The notes beneath the pieces are model-generated. The model made no database searches and was not told the origin of the DNA. It was given only the letters and a program-made list of their open reading frames with translations. From Camelus ferus (taxonomy: Eukaryota), in NCBI RefSeq assembly GCF_009834535.1, contig NC_045696.1, positions 114,640,001-114,704,000 of the forward strand: DNA of 64,000 nucleotides. The letters are read 5' to 3'. The position numbers and the translations under genes were made by a program. Positions 51,127-63,064 of this stretch are shown piece by piece. How positions within the stretch are numbered: the first letter of the stretch is position 1; the number at the start of each line of letters is the position of its first letter.

Positions 51127-53314
51127 GTAGTTTGAAAGTCACTGAGAGGATAGTCTGAGGATGGCTTGGCATACTTGTGTGGAAAGTCATAAAAGTAGTT
51201 TGGTCGAAAAGAATAAAATTACCAGGCACATGTTTGAAAGAAAGAAATAAGTTCTTCACATAGGTCTAGCAAAGGCTTATTTAGCTCTTACTTTATAAAT
51301 TCCTGACATTTTTCAGAAAATGAAACAAGTGGTAAGAGTTCAACTGTGAATACATTCCAAGATGACGTCAGGAATGTCCCCAAAGAGGATATTGGTCCCG
51401 TGGCTGTGACTTCAGTAAGCACGGTCATCCCAACTTCCGCTTGTCATGTTCTTTGTGTCTCTTCTTTTGCCTTCCATTTGAGTGAAGAAGTGGTCCCATA
51501 AACAATTTTGAGAATTTAAACCTACATTAAAAATACCTTTTTATTGAACATTACGCTGCCTTTAACACATATATCTAATCCTCCCTTATAAGCTATGTAA
51601 ACAAATTCATTACTATGGACGAAACATCCTAAGAGATACTGTACATTGGTTTGTTTACATATGATTCATAACTAATTTCCTTTCCAGGGAGAGATTTACT
51701 GTCTCTCTAGGACATCATTTCTTGTCATTTCCACTGGCCTTCCTGCTCTCATCTCCAACTGAGTTCCTCATTTCACTCCTAAATTCAGCAACACATCTTT
51801 TTGACTTGACTCCTTCAGTACCAAAACGCTTTTCTCAGAGTTTAAAGATTTCTGCACATTTAAACAGTGGGTACCAACCTCAACTTAGGATGACTTACCA
51901 TGATTGCTTTGTTATTGTCAGACCTTCAGAATCACAGGGAACCTAAAAAAGGACATATAATTAGTAACTTCATTACAGTTATTTTTCTGATCTCATTATT
52001 GCTGAGACCAATACTAAATTCCATCCATATGCCCAAGGTGGCAGACTGTCTGCAAATATTCAAGGAAGATTTAGCTTCATTTTTGAGAAAAATGCAAAAG
52101 CTGTCTTTTATTTTTTCTTCCTTTAAAAGGGTAAGACCAGCTCATTTTCCAGGAGGTACTGGATTCCACAAGTAAGAAAACAAAATCTCTTGGAATTTGC
52201 ACAATAATATTTCTGTACATGTTTTAAGTTAGTTGAATCCGTTCCAGTCTCCTTCTAGCATTACTCAGTGAGAGTACATTGTAAAGTGGCCACTTACAGA
52301 AGTCATTCCACAATTACTTTTTCATTTTGTTCCCAATAATTAAGTCGAAATGGCCATAGTTTTAGATTTTTTGGGGGGGGGAGTACAGGGAGTCAGCACA
52401 TCACACTTCTTGTTAAATGTTAGAAAGGGGTCATTTGCTTGCATTTTCTGGGTCTGGGCCTGGACGTGTCACCAGCTGGCTTGGAGAATCATGCCTCCGA
52501 GTCACTAAATCCTATAGAAGTTTCTAGTAGCTGTGGAGATGAGTGTTCTCAGTCCCATTTAAAATTTGCCTCCAACTGGACATCCTTTTTCAGTGCTGCA
52601 CAGCCTTCCTTCCAATTCTTCCAGTGGGATGGGTCCTCCTTGCATAAAGACCCCTGTAATTTAGTCCTGCACGTCAAGTCTTTTGTCCCAATGCCTGCTC
52701 TTACCTTCAGACTATGATCTGGATTCAGCTTCTCACATGAGATGAAGACCAGTAGGCAGGCACGTCTTCAAAGGCACAGCTTTACTGATAACCATCCAGA
52801 TCACATCTCTGTCTCAGAAGGATTGCTGTCCCAGTGCTCGCGTCCCCATTTATGGTCACATTCCCCCCCTGGTGCCTCTTAAACCCTTCATCCGTTACTC
52901 GCCCTATCTCCTCAACTTTCCTCTCTCCTTCCGGACCTGATCTACAACCCGATCCATACAGAATAACTTCCTTCTAGCTGTTGCCCTAAATCTCTCCTTG
53001 GAATCATGGTCAAACTGTTGGAAAGGGCAGCCTCCACGATCTCCCTTCATTTTCTCACCTCAGTTTCTCATGTTTCTGAGACACTTTTCAATGATGGCGG
53101 GTAAACTTTGTGTCAAATCCAGAGGTCTCTTTTCAGCATCATTTCTTCTTAAACATGCTGGAATATTTGACTGGCTGACTGCCCTTGTTTTTCATGCAGT
53201 AAATACTTATTGAGTACCCAGTACTGGACAAGGTACAAATCCTGGAAACATGGATACGTTTCAACATTTTATTTCCAAGAACTCAAAGCTAACTGGGAAA
53301 GGAGGAAAGAAACT

Positions 53315-53935
53315 GTTTGTTTGTTTGTTTGTTTATTTATTTATTTATTTATTTATTATGTTTTTATTGAAGTATAGTTGATTTACAATGTTGTGTCAGT
53401 TTCTGGTATGCAGCATAGTGATTCAGTTATATATACACATATATATTCTTTTTCATATTCTTCTTCTTTATAGGTTATTACCAGATATTGAATATAGTTC
53501 CCTTGTGCTATACGGTAGGACCTCATTGTTTATCTGTTTTATATATAGTAGTTTGCAAATACCACACTTCTAATTTATCCCCTCCTACTTTCCCCTTTGG
53601 CAACCAGGACTTTTTTTCCCTATGTCTGTGACTGTTTTATAAATAAGTTTGTTTGTGTCATGTTTTCAGATTCCACATGTAAATGATGCCATATGATATT
53701 TGTCTTTCTCTGTCTGACTTACTTCACTTAGTATGATAATCTCTGGGTCCATCCATGTTGCTGCAAATGGCATTATTTCATTTTTTTAATGCCTGAGTGT
53801 TTGCCATTGTATATGTGTATATGTATATGTGTGTGTCTATGTGTATATGTGTGTGTCTATGTATATATGTGTGTGTATATGTATATATGTATATATTTAT
53901 ATATGTATTTATGCAAGGAGGACCCAATTACTTTA

Positions 53936-53987
<52 letters not shown>

Positions 53988-54241
53988 CACATCTTTATCC
54001 ATTCATCTGTTGATGGACATTTACGTTGCTTCCGTGTCTTGGCTATTATATATAGTGCTGCTGTGAACATTGGGTTGCATGTATCTTTTTGAATCAAGAG
54101 TTCTTCTGAATATACACCCAAGATGGGATTGCTGGATCACATGGTAACTCTGTTCTCAATCTTTAAAGGAATCTCCATACTGTTTTCCATAATGGCTGCA
54201 CCAAATTACATTCCGATCAACAGTGTAGGAGGATTCCCTTT
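53315..54241 (-). mobile_element. 5'-truncated L1, antisense, with (TTTG)n(TTTA)n tail and internal (TA)n/(CA)n/(TG)n expansions
   Basis: TTTATTGAAGTATAGTTGATTTACAATG... through ...GCTGCACCAAATTACATTCC, the reverse complement of the family at 19528. Confidence 0.95.
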
Positions 54242-54274
54242 GGAAAAAAAAAAACATTTAAAATGGAGCATATC

Positions 54275-54662
54275 TAATGCTGTAGTGATTCAGTCTGTTT
54301 CCTGTTTCTTCTTCTCCTCTTTCCAGTCATCTGGAAGCACTGCAGTTACCCACCTCCTGAAGGTAGCTTTTGAAAAGTTACTTGCTGTGGCTGAGAACAT
54401 ATGAATGGAAGTGATGTGTCACATTCTGGCGGAAGACATTCAAAGCTGGTGTGTGGTTTGCTAGGTCCTTTTCCCCATCATAGCGATGAAGCGTGTTTCC
54501 GATGGCAGAGGCTTTGTAGCCTGTGACCCTGAGCAAGGATACGTAGGAATGGAAGACTTGTTGACCTGAGGTTGTATGAGTGAGAATTCTTTGCTTCTTA
54601 AAGTCACTGAGATTTTAGGATTTTGTTACTGCTACAAAACCTAACCTATCCTAACTGATACA
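54275..54662 (+). mobile_element. MLT1 (H/I/J-like) MaLR LTR
   Basis: GGAAGTGATGTGTCACATTCTGG and the terminus TTGTTACTGCTACAAAACCTAACCTATCCTAACTGATACA. Confidence 0.75.
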
Positions 54663-55539
54663 ATGCTATATGGTAATATAAGTAAAGTACTATGAAAATA
54701 TAACCCTGTGCTTACAAGCATTTATATTTTCACTTGTTAAGCTTCCTTACTAGATTTTTCAAACAGCATGTAGCAAAATCACCTTAAAACTTACCATGTT
54801 AAAAAAATTCCTAACTGTGTGAAAATAATTGGTAGTCAATAAGTGGTTGAATTTAGCATCTAACTGAAAGGAAGTAGTGGGTCTGTGAGAAAATCGATTC
54901 CTAACCAACTATATATATTTCTTAACAAACTTGTTATTGTAAGTCAGGTCTACTTTAAAGTTTGTATTTCCTCCTTCATAAACTTCTTGAAACTTTAAAA
55001 ACATTACAAATTCACTTAGAGATTCGGGGATAATGATACGCTTTGGTCTGTTTTTCTTCCCATCTGAAAGCTTCATTGTGTTAAGACTGGAAAAGCACTA
55101 TGTAATTATGTGTGTGAACTTCTTGATAGTCTTGGCGATGAAACTTTCTTTTTTTGTGCTAATGCTTATTCCTGCACTTTTCATATAATTAATATCCTCA
55201 CAATAATATAGGTCCTATCATAACTTGCTGTCTCACTTCCCGTACGTGCTGAAGAGAGGGTATTGTCTGCAGAGTAAATGTTTTGCTCACTTAATGGTAG
55301 ACTCTGATTTTGTTACTACTCTTGCCTCTAGTTCTTGATATTTTATATCATTTTTCCTCTCTTTTAAATATTTCATCAAAGACTTACTTTGTAATATGTA
55401 TAATTGTCTGTAATTGAGGATAACTTTGAATTGACTAAACTCAGAAATATCCCATTGGAGTGGCCTTCTCTTGGATTTGTGCTCATAGTTGTCATATATG
55501 CTTCTGCCCCTGTATCTTAAGGAGTTAAGCCATAACAAT

Positions 55540-55619
55540 CCCTATCTATCCATCTACCACCCATCCTGTCTATCTGTCCATTTATCTAGCATCTATTCTT
55601 TCTATCTTCTGTTCTTTCT

Positions 55620-55686
<67 letters not shown>

Positions 55687-56030
55687 CTCTATCTACCTAT
55701 CTGTCTGTCTGTCTGTCTATCCATCCATCCCTTTGTCTGCCTATCTATCTATCTAGCCATCCATCCATCCATCTGTCTGTCTGCCCATCTGCCCATCCAT
55801 CCATCTGTCCATCTATCCATCTACCTATCTGTCTACCTACCTACCTGTCTGTCTGTCCATCTGTCCGTCTGCCCGCCCACCTTTCTGTCTATCTAGCCAT
55901 CCATCCATCTGTCTGTCTGTCGCCTGCCTATCTATCTATCTATCTATCGATCTATCATTTATTTTATCCTACCTATCTATCTACCTGTCTGTATGTCTGT
56001 CTATCTATCTATCTACCTACCTACCTAAAC
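55540..56030. repeat. Compound tetranucleotide microsatellite (TCTA/TCCA/TCTG/CCTA)n, ~490 bp
   Basis: Direct reading. The pure (CTAT)n core lies at ~55620-55685. Confidence 0.95.
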
Positions 56031-57757
56031 TAATTCTAATACTTGAAACCATATTTTCATGTTTCCTTGAGCTCTGAGCTTTGTAATCAGTTGGGAAACA
56101 GACTTCTAGCATAGAAGGCCTGCTGGATTCTCCTTAAGACAGGAGTCTCTGGGGCCACGAGGAAAGGACACCATTGTTTTTGTCCTCTTTTCTCTTCCTC
56201 TCCTCTCTCCACTTTTCTTAGCTCTGCTTTCCCTATCTGCTATCTGCTTCCCCTTCTCCATAGGCCCCATATAAAACTCTTTCTTTAATAGAGAAGGGTG
56301 ATACTCTAAGAAGAATCACACAAAGATAACCCTCAAAACAGCAAAGCATGTCAAATTTTACACGCCGTATTCATCAAAATATACTCCTGTGAAGTTGCTG
56401 TTTCACGTGTGGCCCACCTTACAAATGCTCAGTAATAAAGCAAAGCAGGGCATCTGTGATGTATGATACAGATGCTTCAGTTCTAAAGCATTTTCATGGT
56501 TCTGGTCTCTTGACTTCCACCTCCAACTAGTCCTTGGGATGCAAAGTAATCAAATGTCAAACTGCTTAAAACATGCACACGTGCTCACACGCACACATAT
56601 ACTGCACACTTGTGACTTAAATGTTTTTATTATTCCACATATTTTTTAACATGTTTGATCTTTGGAAAGGAGTTGGAGTATTTGAAGTTTATATGCAGAA
56701 AATATAAATACCGTTGAAAGGATAACACAAAGCATTTACTGAGTTATGTGTCTATTTGTGGCATAGTTTTTCATGTGGCATAGCTTCTGTAGTTTGTGAT
56801 TTGAGAATATGTTGTCTTTTCAACAGGGTCTATGGTAAAATTTGCAATATGGTTATTTATAGTATATAGAAAACTTTTTTGTTGTTGCTGTTTCCTGGGT
56901 TGAGCACTAATGAACGGTCTTTTCATATACTCTACAAATTATTCAAAGTCACAGTACGTTTTACTTGCTTCATATTTGGTTTTGATATTCTTGTGGCTTT
57001 GAAAAGCTTTCCTGGAAATTTTCTTTCTTTCTTTTTTTTTTTTTTTTTTATGGAAGATCATTTTCTTCCTCAGCTTACTAACATTGTCCAGCTTTTTCTT
57101 AATTTCTTAGAATCCATTCAAGATTCCTTCTTTAAGTTCTTGTGGAAACTTCACCGACATCTTGGTCTTAACTGACATCTTGTTTTCTAGGCCTCTTAAA
57201 CAGCTTCCACTCTGAGATTATATTTATTTGTTGTACATTTTCTGTTTCTTCCATTCCATATCATTTTCCTGGATCTTACTGTCATTTTACTGGAATATAG
57301 AACAAGTAACTATGTTAGAAGTGGTGTGTGTGATATAAAACAGAGCTGAGTCATTGCAACACCTGACGAAGTCTATCCAAGGCTTAAAAAATATGTATGT
57401 CATTAGACTATACCTCAATTAAAAAAAAAAGAAAAATATATATGTCATTAGTGGTTGCAAACATATGGGAATTTCTTCTAAAATGCATTTATTTAATGAA
57501 GCTATTACAGTACCCATACAAACTTAATGATACATTCATAATTGCACCTTTTTTGTAAGACAATTGGAAACTATATAAAAAAAACCTCAAAATACATTCC
57601 AGAAGCATGGTGGGATACAGGAGGTAGCCAAAGTATACCTATGGACATTGAATTGCTCTTACTATATTGTAAGGAGATGAAAGGAATCACAAACAAATGT
57701 AGATTACAATTTCTATTCAATTTTATAATTATATATGTATAATAAAAAGGGTATAGA

Positions 57758-57920
57758 CAGTGCTGTTCAGTAGAATTTTCTGTGATGAGGGTAATAATGT
57801 TCTATATTTGTAGCTAATCACACGTGGCTATCAAACATCTGAACTGTTGCTAGTGTGACCAAAGAACTGAATTTTTAATTTTGTTAATTTAAATTATCAC
57901 AGTATCCAGGATGGCACAGG
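57758..57920. mobile_element. MER3-like hAT-Charlie MITE
   Basis: CAGTGCTGTTCAGTAGAATTTTCTGTGATGA...CACGTGGCTA...CTAGTGTGACCAAAGAACTGAATTTTTAATTT. Confidence 0.75.
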
Positions 57921-58289
57921 TCAGGACGACTATGACAACCCAAGATGCTATTTGTGGTGGATTCTTTTAGAGAATCATTGATCATAGGTTTTCCTTATTT
58001 TTTTGACATCTATAATTTTTTAATGATATTTATAAATGCAAACAATCAAGGAAGGTTTATTTTGAAGAAAACATGCCTAATGGATATTGTTAGATTATCA
58101 AAACCATGGTATCAGAATCATTATTTGAGCTTTTAATAATGCATTAAAGAGTGTTCACTTCCTTCCTACCGACATTCCTGTCATATTTCAAAAATAATTA
58201 AATTTTCATCAGTGATTTGCCTGTGTCTTTTGGAATGAGTTTGTGTTTTTAAAGGACAGAAAAATATTTTGAATAATAGCAACAAAACA

Positions 58290-58500
58290 GTCCATATTTA
58301 TTAAGACTTAGCGCCAGGCACGGCTTTACATATATTAAGTCATTTAATCATTACAGTATGTATTTGAAATATGTACTAATGTGTTCTCCATCTGACAGAT
58401 GAAGAAACTGAGGAACAGACAATTTATATAGGTTGCCTAAGATCACTCAGCTGGAAAATAAGGGTGTAGGGGGAGAAAATCTGGCTTTCAAACCCAGGCA
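58290..58500 (-). mobile_element. MIR SINE
   Basis: ACAGATGAAGAAACTGAGG...TTGCCTAAGATCAC...TTCAAACCCAGG. Confidence 0.75.
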
Positions 58501-59256
58501 ACAGAAAAGCCCCATAATCAGCATAGCTGTGTTTCTCCATCCACATTCAGCAGAGAAGGGGGCTAGTGAGAAGCAGGTGGAGCATTAGAATTAAACACGG
58601 TTACGATTTGGCCAATTAGGAAAGAAAAAAAAGGGAGAAAAAAGTAAAGGACTTGAAAGTTCATGTGTGTCTGTAATTAGAATGGTTGTTCATGGAAATT
58701 GTATTCGGTACGATGAAAAATGAGAGCAGAAAGAAAAGAGACGCTAAAAAGTAGGAGGGGGTAAAAAATCTTTTCGGTCCTGGTAGCGAAACATTTGAGT
58801 GGGCAAGGTAGGAGGTGGTGGTCAGAGAGTGGGATGTCTGAGATTTTGCAGGAGGTTTGTTTATTTGCACAATTAAGATTAGGGGTAAGTGGGAGAATTG
58901 TGTGGCTGAGCTAGGATGGACGGGAAAGATCACTCCAGGGCAAAGGAGTGAAAACACGGCGTTGGAAGCACCCTCTGTGTGCACGAAATCACCACGAAGA
59001 ATAGTTTTTACAAGAGTAATTTTGGAGACAGTGGTTGTAAGCCAGGAGCTGAACTCTTGCAGTGGTTGTGGGTGACTGCAGTGAGGAAGGAGATGGATTG
59101 ATGAGGTATGAAGTTCTGCTCTGTTGCCATGTTCCAATGTTTATTGTAACACTAGGATCTGGCACATAGTAGGCAGTTCTGTCAGGACATCGTAAGTTCT
59201 AATTGAGCATATTTCCTGCCCTTGGGGGGGCTTCCAAATAGTACAGAGATCCCAAC

Positions 59257-59747
59257 TGTTACTGAGTCCAAGCTCATACTGCTCGCTGCAACAGGCCAGT
59301 AAGTCGAGAAACAAGTTGTTGGGGAAGGAATAGGAACTTTATTCAGAAAGCCTGCAGACCCAGGAGAGGGTGAACTAGTGTCCCAAAGAACCATTTTCCC
59401 GAGTTAGAATTCAGGCTACTTTTATACTAAAAGGAAGGGGAGGGGGTGTGGTTGGTTGGTGCAAACTTCTTGGTGCCTTAATCCTTTGTTCTTGCAGTTG
59501 CCCACGTGGTCCAGTCACAATGTTTCTGTAAACCTCCAAAAAAGACACATGTTATTCCCTATTCTGCATCTTTTTACCTCTATATGAATGGGAAAGTGTT
59601 TTACCCTTAAAGGTCAGAGCTTTGAGAATGGGCTCTGCTGTGTATTTCAGGCTATAGACAACATTCGTAACGTAGCAAAAGCAATAGAATATAAAGGTTC
59701 AAGTAAAAGAAATCCAGTGTGGAGTCAGATTGCTCTTCCTTGTTACA
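59257..59747 (-). mobile_element. Complete solo ERV1 LTR (491 bp) with a perfect 4-bp TSD
   Basis: CAAC|TGTTAC...TGTTACA|CAAC. The minus strand carries TATAAAA and AATAAA. Related to the LTR at 1-309. Confidence 0.9.
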
Positions 59748-60982
59748 CAACACTAAATCAGGGAGGAGTGATTGCATCTCATATAAAAGTTACTGAGCCA
59801 CTGACCTCAATAAGAACTTAATGCTGTTTGGCATGAATGTGGTCCAAGAGACATGGTGGAACTCAGAAAAGGAGTGTCCAGGGAACGGACACTCCTGTGT
59901 TCTGTGTCTCCATCATTGACATCCGTGAGTTTCCATGGAGACTGGCAGAGGAGATTCCAGCAGCAAGAGGCTGAAGGCTGAGGGTACAACTCCATGCCAG
60001 GAAATAGCTTGAGATAGTGGGATTGGCTGTGAAAAATGCAGCCCCCTTGGATGCTGCCCATACAGAGGAAATCACAGGAAGGAATCCATAAGCTCCCCAG
60101 TGCTTTGTGAGATTTCTCAAGTAAGGAAGGAACATCACAGGAGAAGACAGCCACATCTCCGTGGGCCAGCACAGCAGGAAACAGCTTTTCTTCCTCGTCT
60201 TCCTTCCTCATCTCCAGTGGAATAAGAAGCTTTCTGGGTGGGGAGGAGCTGTGACATCAGATGAGGCCTCGTGTCATTTCACACAGAACTTCCTTCAGAG
60301 TTTGGAAGGAGAGAGGAAAGCTTTTAACCACATTTAAAATGGATATGAGTGATTCTTCATAACTGAAGAGGACTCATAGGTTATAGAATTAGACTGAATT
60401 GTTGTTAAGGGAGCCTGTTACCTAATAGAAAAGGAGACTTCAACAAAAAAATATTTGCTAGCAGTTTTTAGAAAATTATGCATGTCCCTCAGTTTTCACT
60501 GACTGAATATCTGTGGAGTGAATGAACAACTCAGATTCTGTTACAATTTGCTATTGCATCCTTAAGATCTGAGACATTGGCCCATAAATCTTCAGTGACA
60601 GAAAATTTTATAGACTCGGATGGTGGCCGTGTCCTCAAGTCAGCAGGAAGCCACTCCTCTAAAAACTTGCTAGGCAGTAATTATGTTGCAGGAATCACAG
60701 CTCCAAGCAAATCTTTTAATTTGGTAGCCAAGAATCTTAAGACCACTCTCCCATCTGGGCTGTGAATGACACTCTCACCTTGGAAAATGCAAACCTCAGT
60801 CACACCATGTCACACGCAGGGACAGGATCACGTGTCATTGTGAGAATGGGGCTCTGCTAACCTCAATGGATACGAACTCTGTCACAAACATTTAGCAGTA
60901 CTTTGGTGAACTCTCATCGTGTACATAATTGAATATTTTCATAAGCTTTTTAGATGCAGAATGAAAGGAGCTTTCATCATAG

Positions 60983-61150
60983 ATTTTTTTATTGAAGTAG
61001 TGTTGACTGATAATGTGTTAATTTCTGGCATATAGCATAGTGATACAGTCATATATATGTATATATGTTCTTTTGCATCATAGACTTTTAAGCAGGAAAC
61101 TGGTGATTTTTGTCTTACTTTTTTCATCAGTTTTTATTTTATATATGCCA
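60983..61150 (-). mobile_element. Short L1 3' end
   Basis: TTTTTTATTGAAGTAGTGTTGACTATAATGTG...CATAGTGATACAGTCAT. Confidence 0.75.
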
Positions 61151-63033
61151 GGAAAAGTGAGGATCGTAAACTCCCACCGATTTGAAGGAATTACATACAG
61201 ACTTCTCAGCCTTGCAGGGAAAAAGCAAGTCTGTGCTGTGAGTGATTTCTTTCTTGTTTGGGTGGAAAGGTCTGTGGCTGGCTCAGAGAAGGAAATATGC
61301 AGGGATTCCTTTTATGTTGGCTACGTGAACAATATGAGGTAATGATACAAAATATATATAAAAGAAAGCCCCACTTAAGGGTCAATGACAAGAGCATGAG
61401 CAATTCTTTCTCTTCCAGTTGGCACTGTTTTCATTCTATATTTGGAAGGAAAACTGGCTTAAATTTCCCACTCATACTTAACCTGATTTTTGAATTGCCT
61501 TTTTTTTTTTTTTTTTTTTTTTGGTAGGGAGGAAGCAATTTAGATCTTTAGGCTATGAATTCTGTGAATCCCGTAATTGTACTATGACTTGAAATCTGTG
61601 CTGAAGATATGAATTAATCGTAAATGTGCCTTGTGCTGACGGGTATTTATTTAGTCTTACACTACTACCATTTTTCACTGTTGGCTTGTTTGCATTGGAT
61701 TTTCAGCTGACTCTCATTATAGAGTTCTGGGACTGTGTTTGTACTTGAAGCACCTTAGTTAAGGGAAGCATAGTGCTTCTGTTGCAGCTTGGTGCATAAA
61801 AAGCTAATTCAGAGTTTTGAAATGCAGCATCGGGGAAGTGACCCTTACAGTGTTTTCCAGCCAGCCTGGCCATGTGTTTCAGCAATCATGCTGGATACTT
61901 TTTAGTAGTTCTATTTCTTGTGCCTAAACATCTCTTGTCTCTGAACAAACTGTTCATTTCTGAAACATGGAATCGTCCAGAAAGTTCTAAAAAGAGTGGT
62001 CTAAATACAAACCAGAGGAGAGAGCATTGTATGGCTGTGCTTTTTAGATGAGGATCTTGGTAGACTCTTAGAGATTTTAAAATGCAGTGCATTTGTTTGG
62101 CTAAACCAAAGTTGCTATTTTTGTGGCAGACAAGCAATTCTGGTTACTTTGCATCCCTCTTTTATAACCTGGGTAGTTCTTTTATCAGGCTAATTAACTT
62201 TTTAATTAAACTTTTTATTTTGAGATAATTGTAGGTACACATGCACTTGTAAGAAATGATACTAATGACTGTTTGCAGATGCCAGTGGAGCATTGTGAAT
62301 AAGAGTATGTGCTGAGTCAGAGAGAAGCAGGTCTGCTGAATCTGATCTAAGACCTCCTAGTTATGGGATCTTCGGGAGCCCCACTGAAAGTGAAATGTGA
62401 AAAATAATTTAGACCTCTCAGCATGACTTCAGATGCACTCAGGGTGTAGTGTGCACCCGCCACTTACTAAACAGTGATTATTATTAAAGCATCTTTAAAG
62501 TGTTGTGATGAACTTTAGTTTCTTTGTTTTTTATTTTTAGTTTTTGTTTTAAATCACAGAAGAATACATCTCCCACATGGCAAAACACAACGGAAAATAC
62601 CCAACATTTATACATTTAAAATGAGTATTGATTCCCTTTCTTTAAAAGAGGCTCTAATTACATATGAAAAAACTCAAAATGTTTATCTTTTAAGAAATAT
62701 TACCTCTGGCGGTATTGTTACTTGAATATATGGTTATCTTCTCTATTGAATTATAAAGTCTATGAAGATAATGGCTAAATAGTATCTTGCACAGTGTGTC
62801 CTCAACAAATATTAATTGAATTAAGGTTTACCCAAGGTTTACTAAGGCTCAAATCTATAGCTTACACAAATAGGTTTGTCTTGGGCTAGTGCTCTGAATG
62901 CTCATAGTTTGGACTTTGACTGATTATGAAGAATATTTTTCATGGTCAGTATTTTATTAAGATGTCATCCACACTTGGGTCCAAGGGTGCATACTTAAAC
63001 ACGTGGGTAGCGCCAAACCTAACGGGTTAGCTG

Positions 63034-63064
63034 CACACACACACACACACACACGCACACACAG
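63034..63064. repeat. (CA)n microsatellite; a (TG)n also lies at ~63208-63222
   Basis: Direct reading. Confidence 0.9.

Noticed and set aside
55489..55896. 135-aa ORF with LSIY repeats; similar ORFs at 53789-54092 and 17197-17463
   Set aside because: These are translations of microsatellites.
1..59747. Related LTRs at 1-309 and 59257-59747 as the two ends of one provirus
   Set aside because: They are in opposite orientations, 59 kb apart and visibly diverged, and the second has its own TSD. They are independent insertions.
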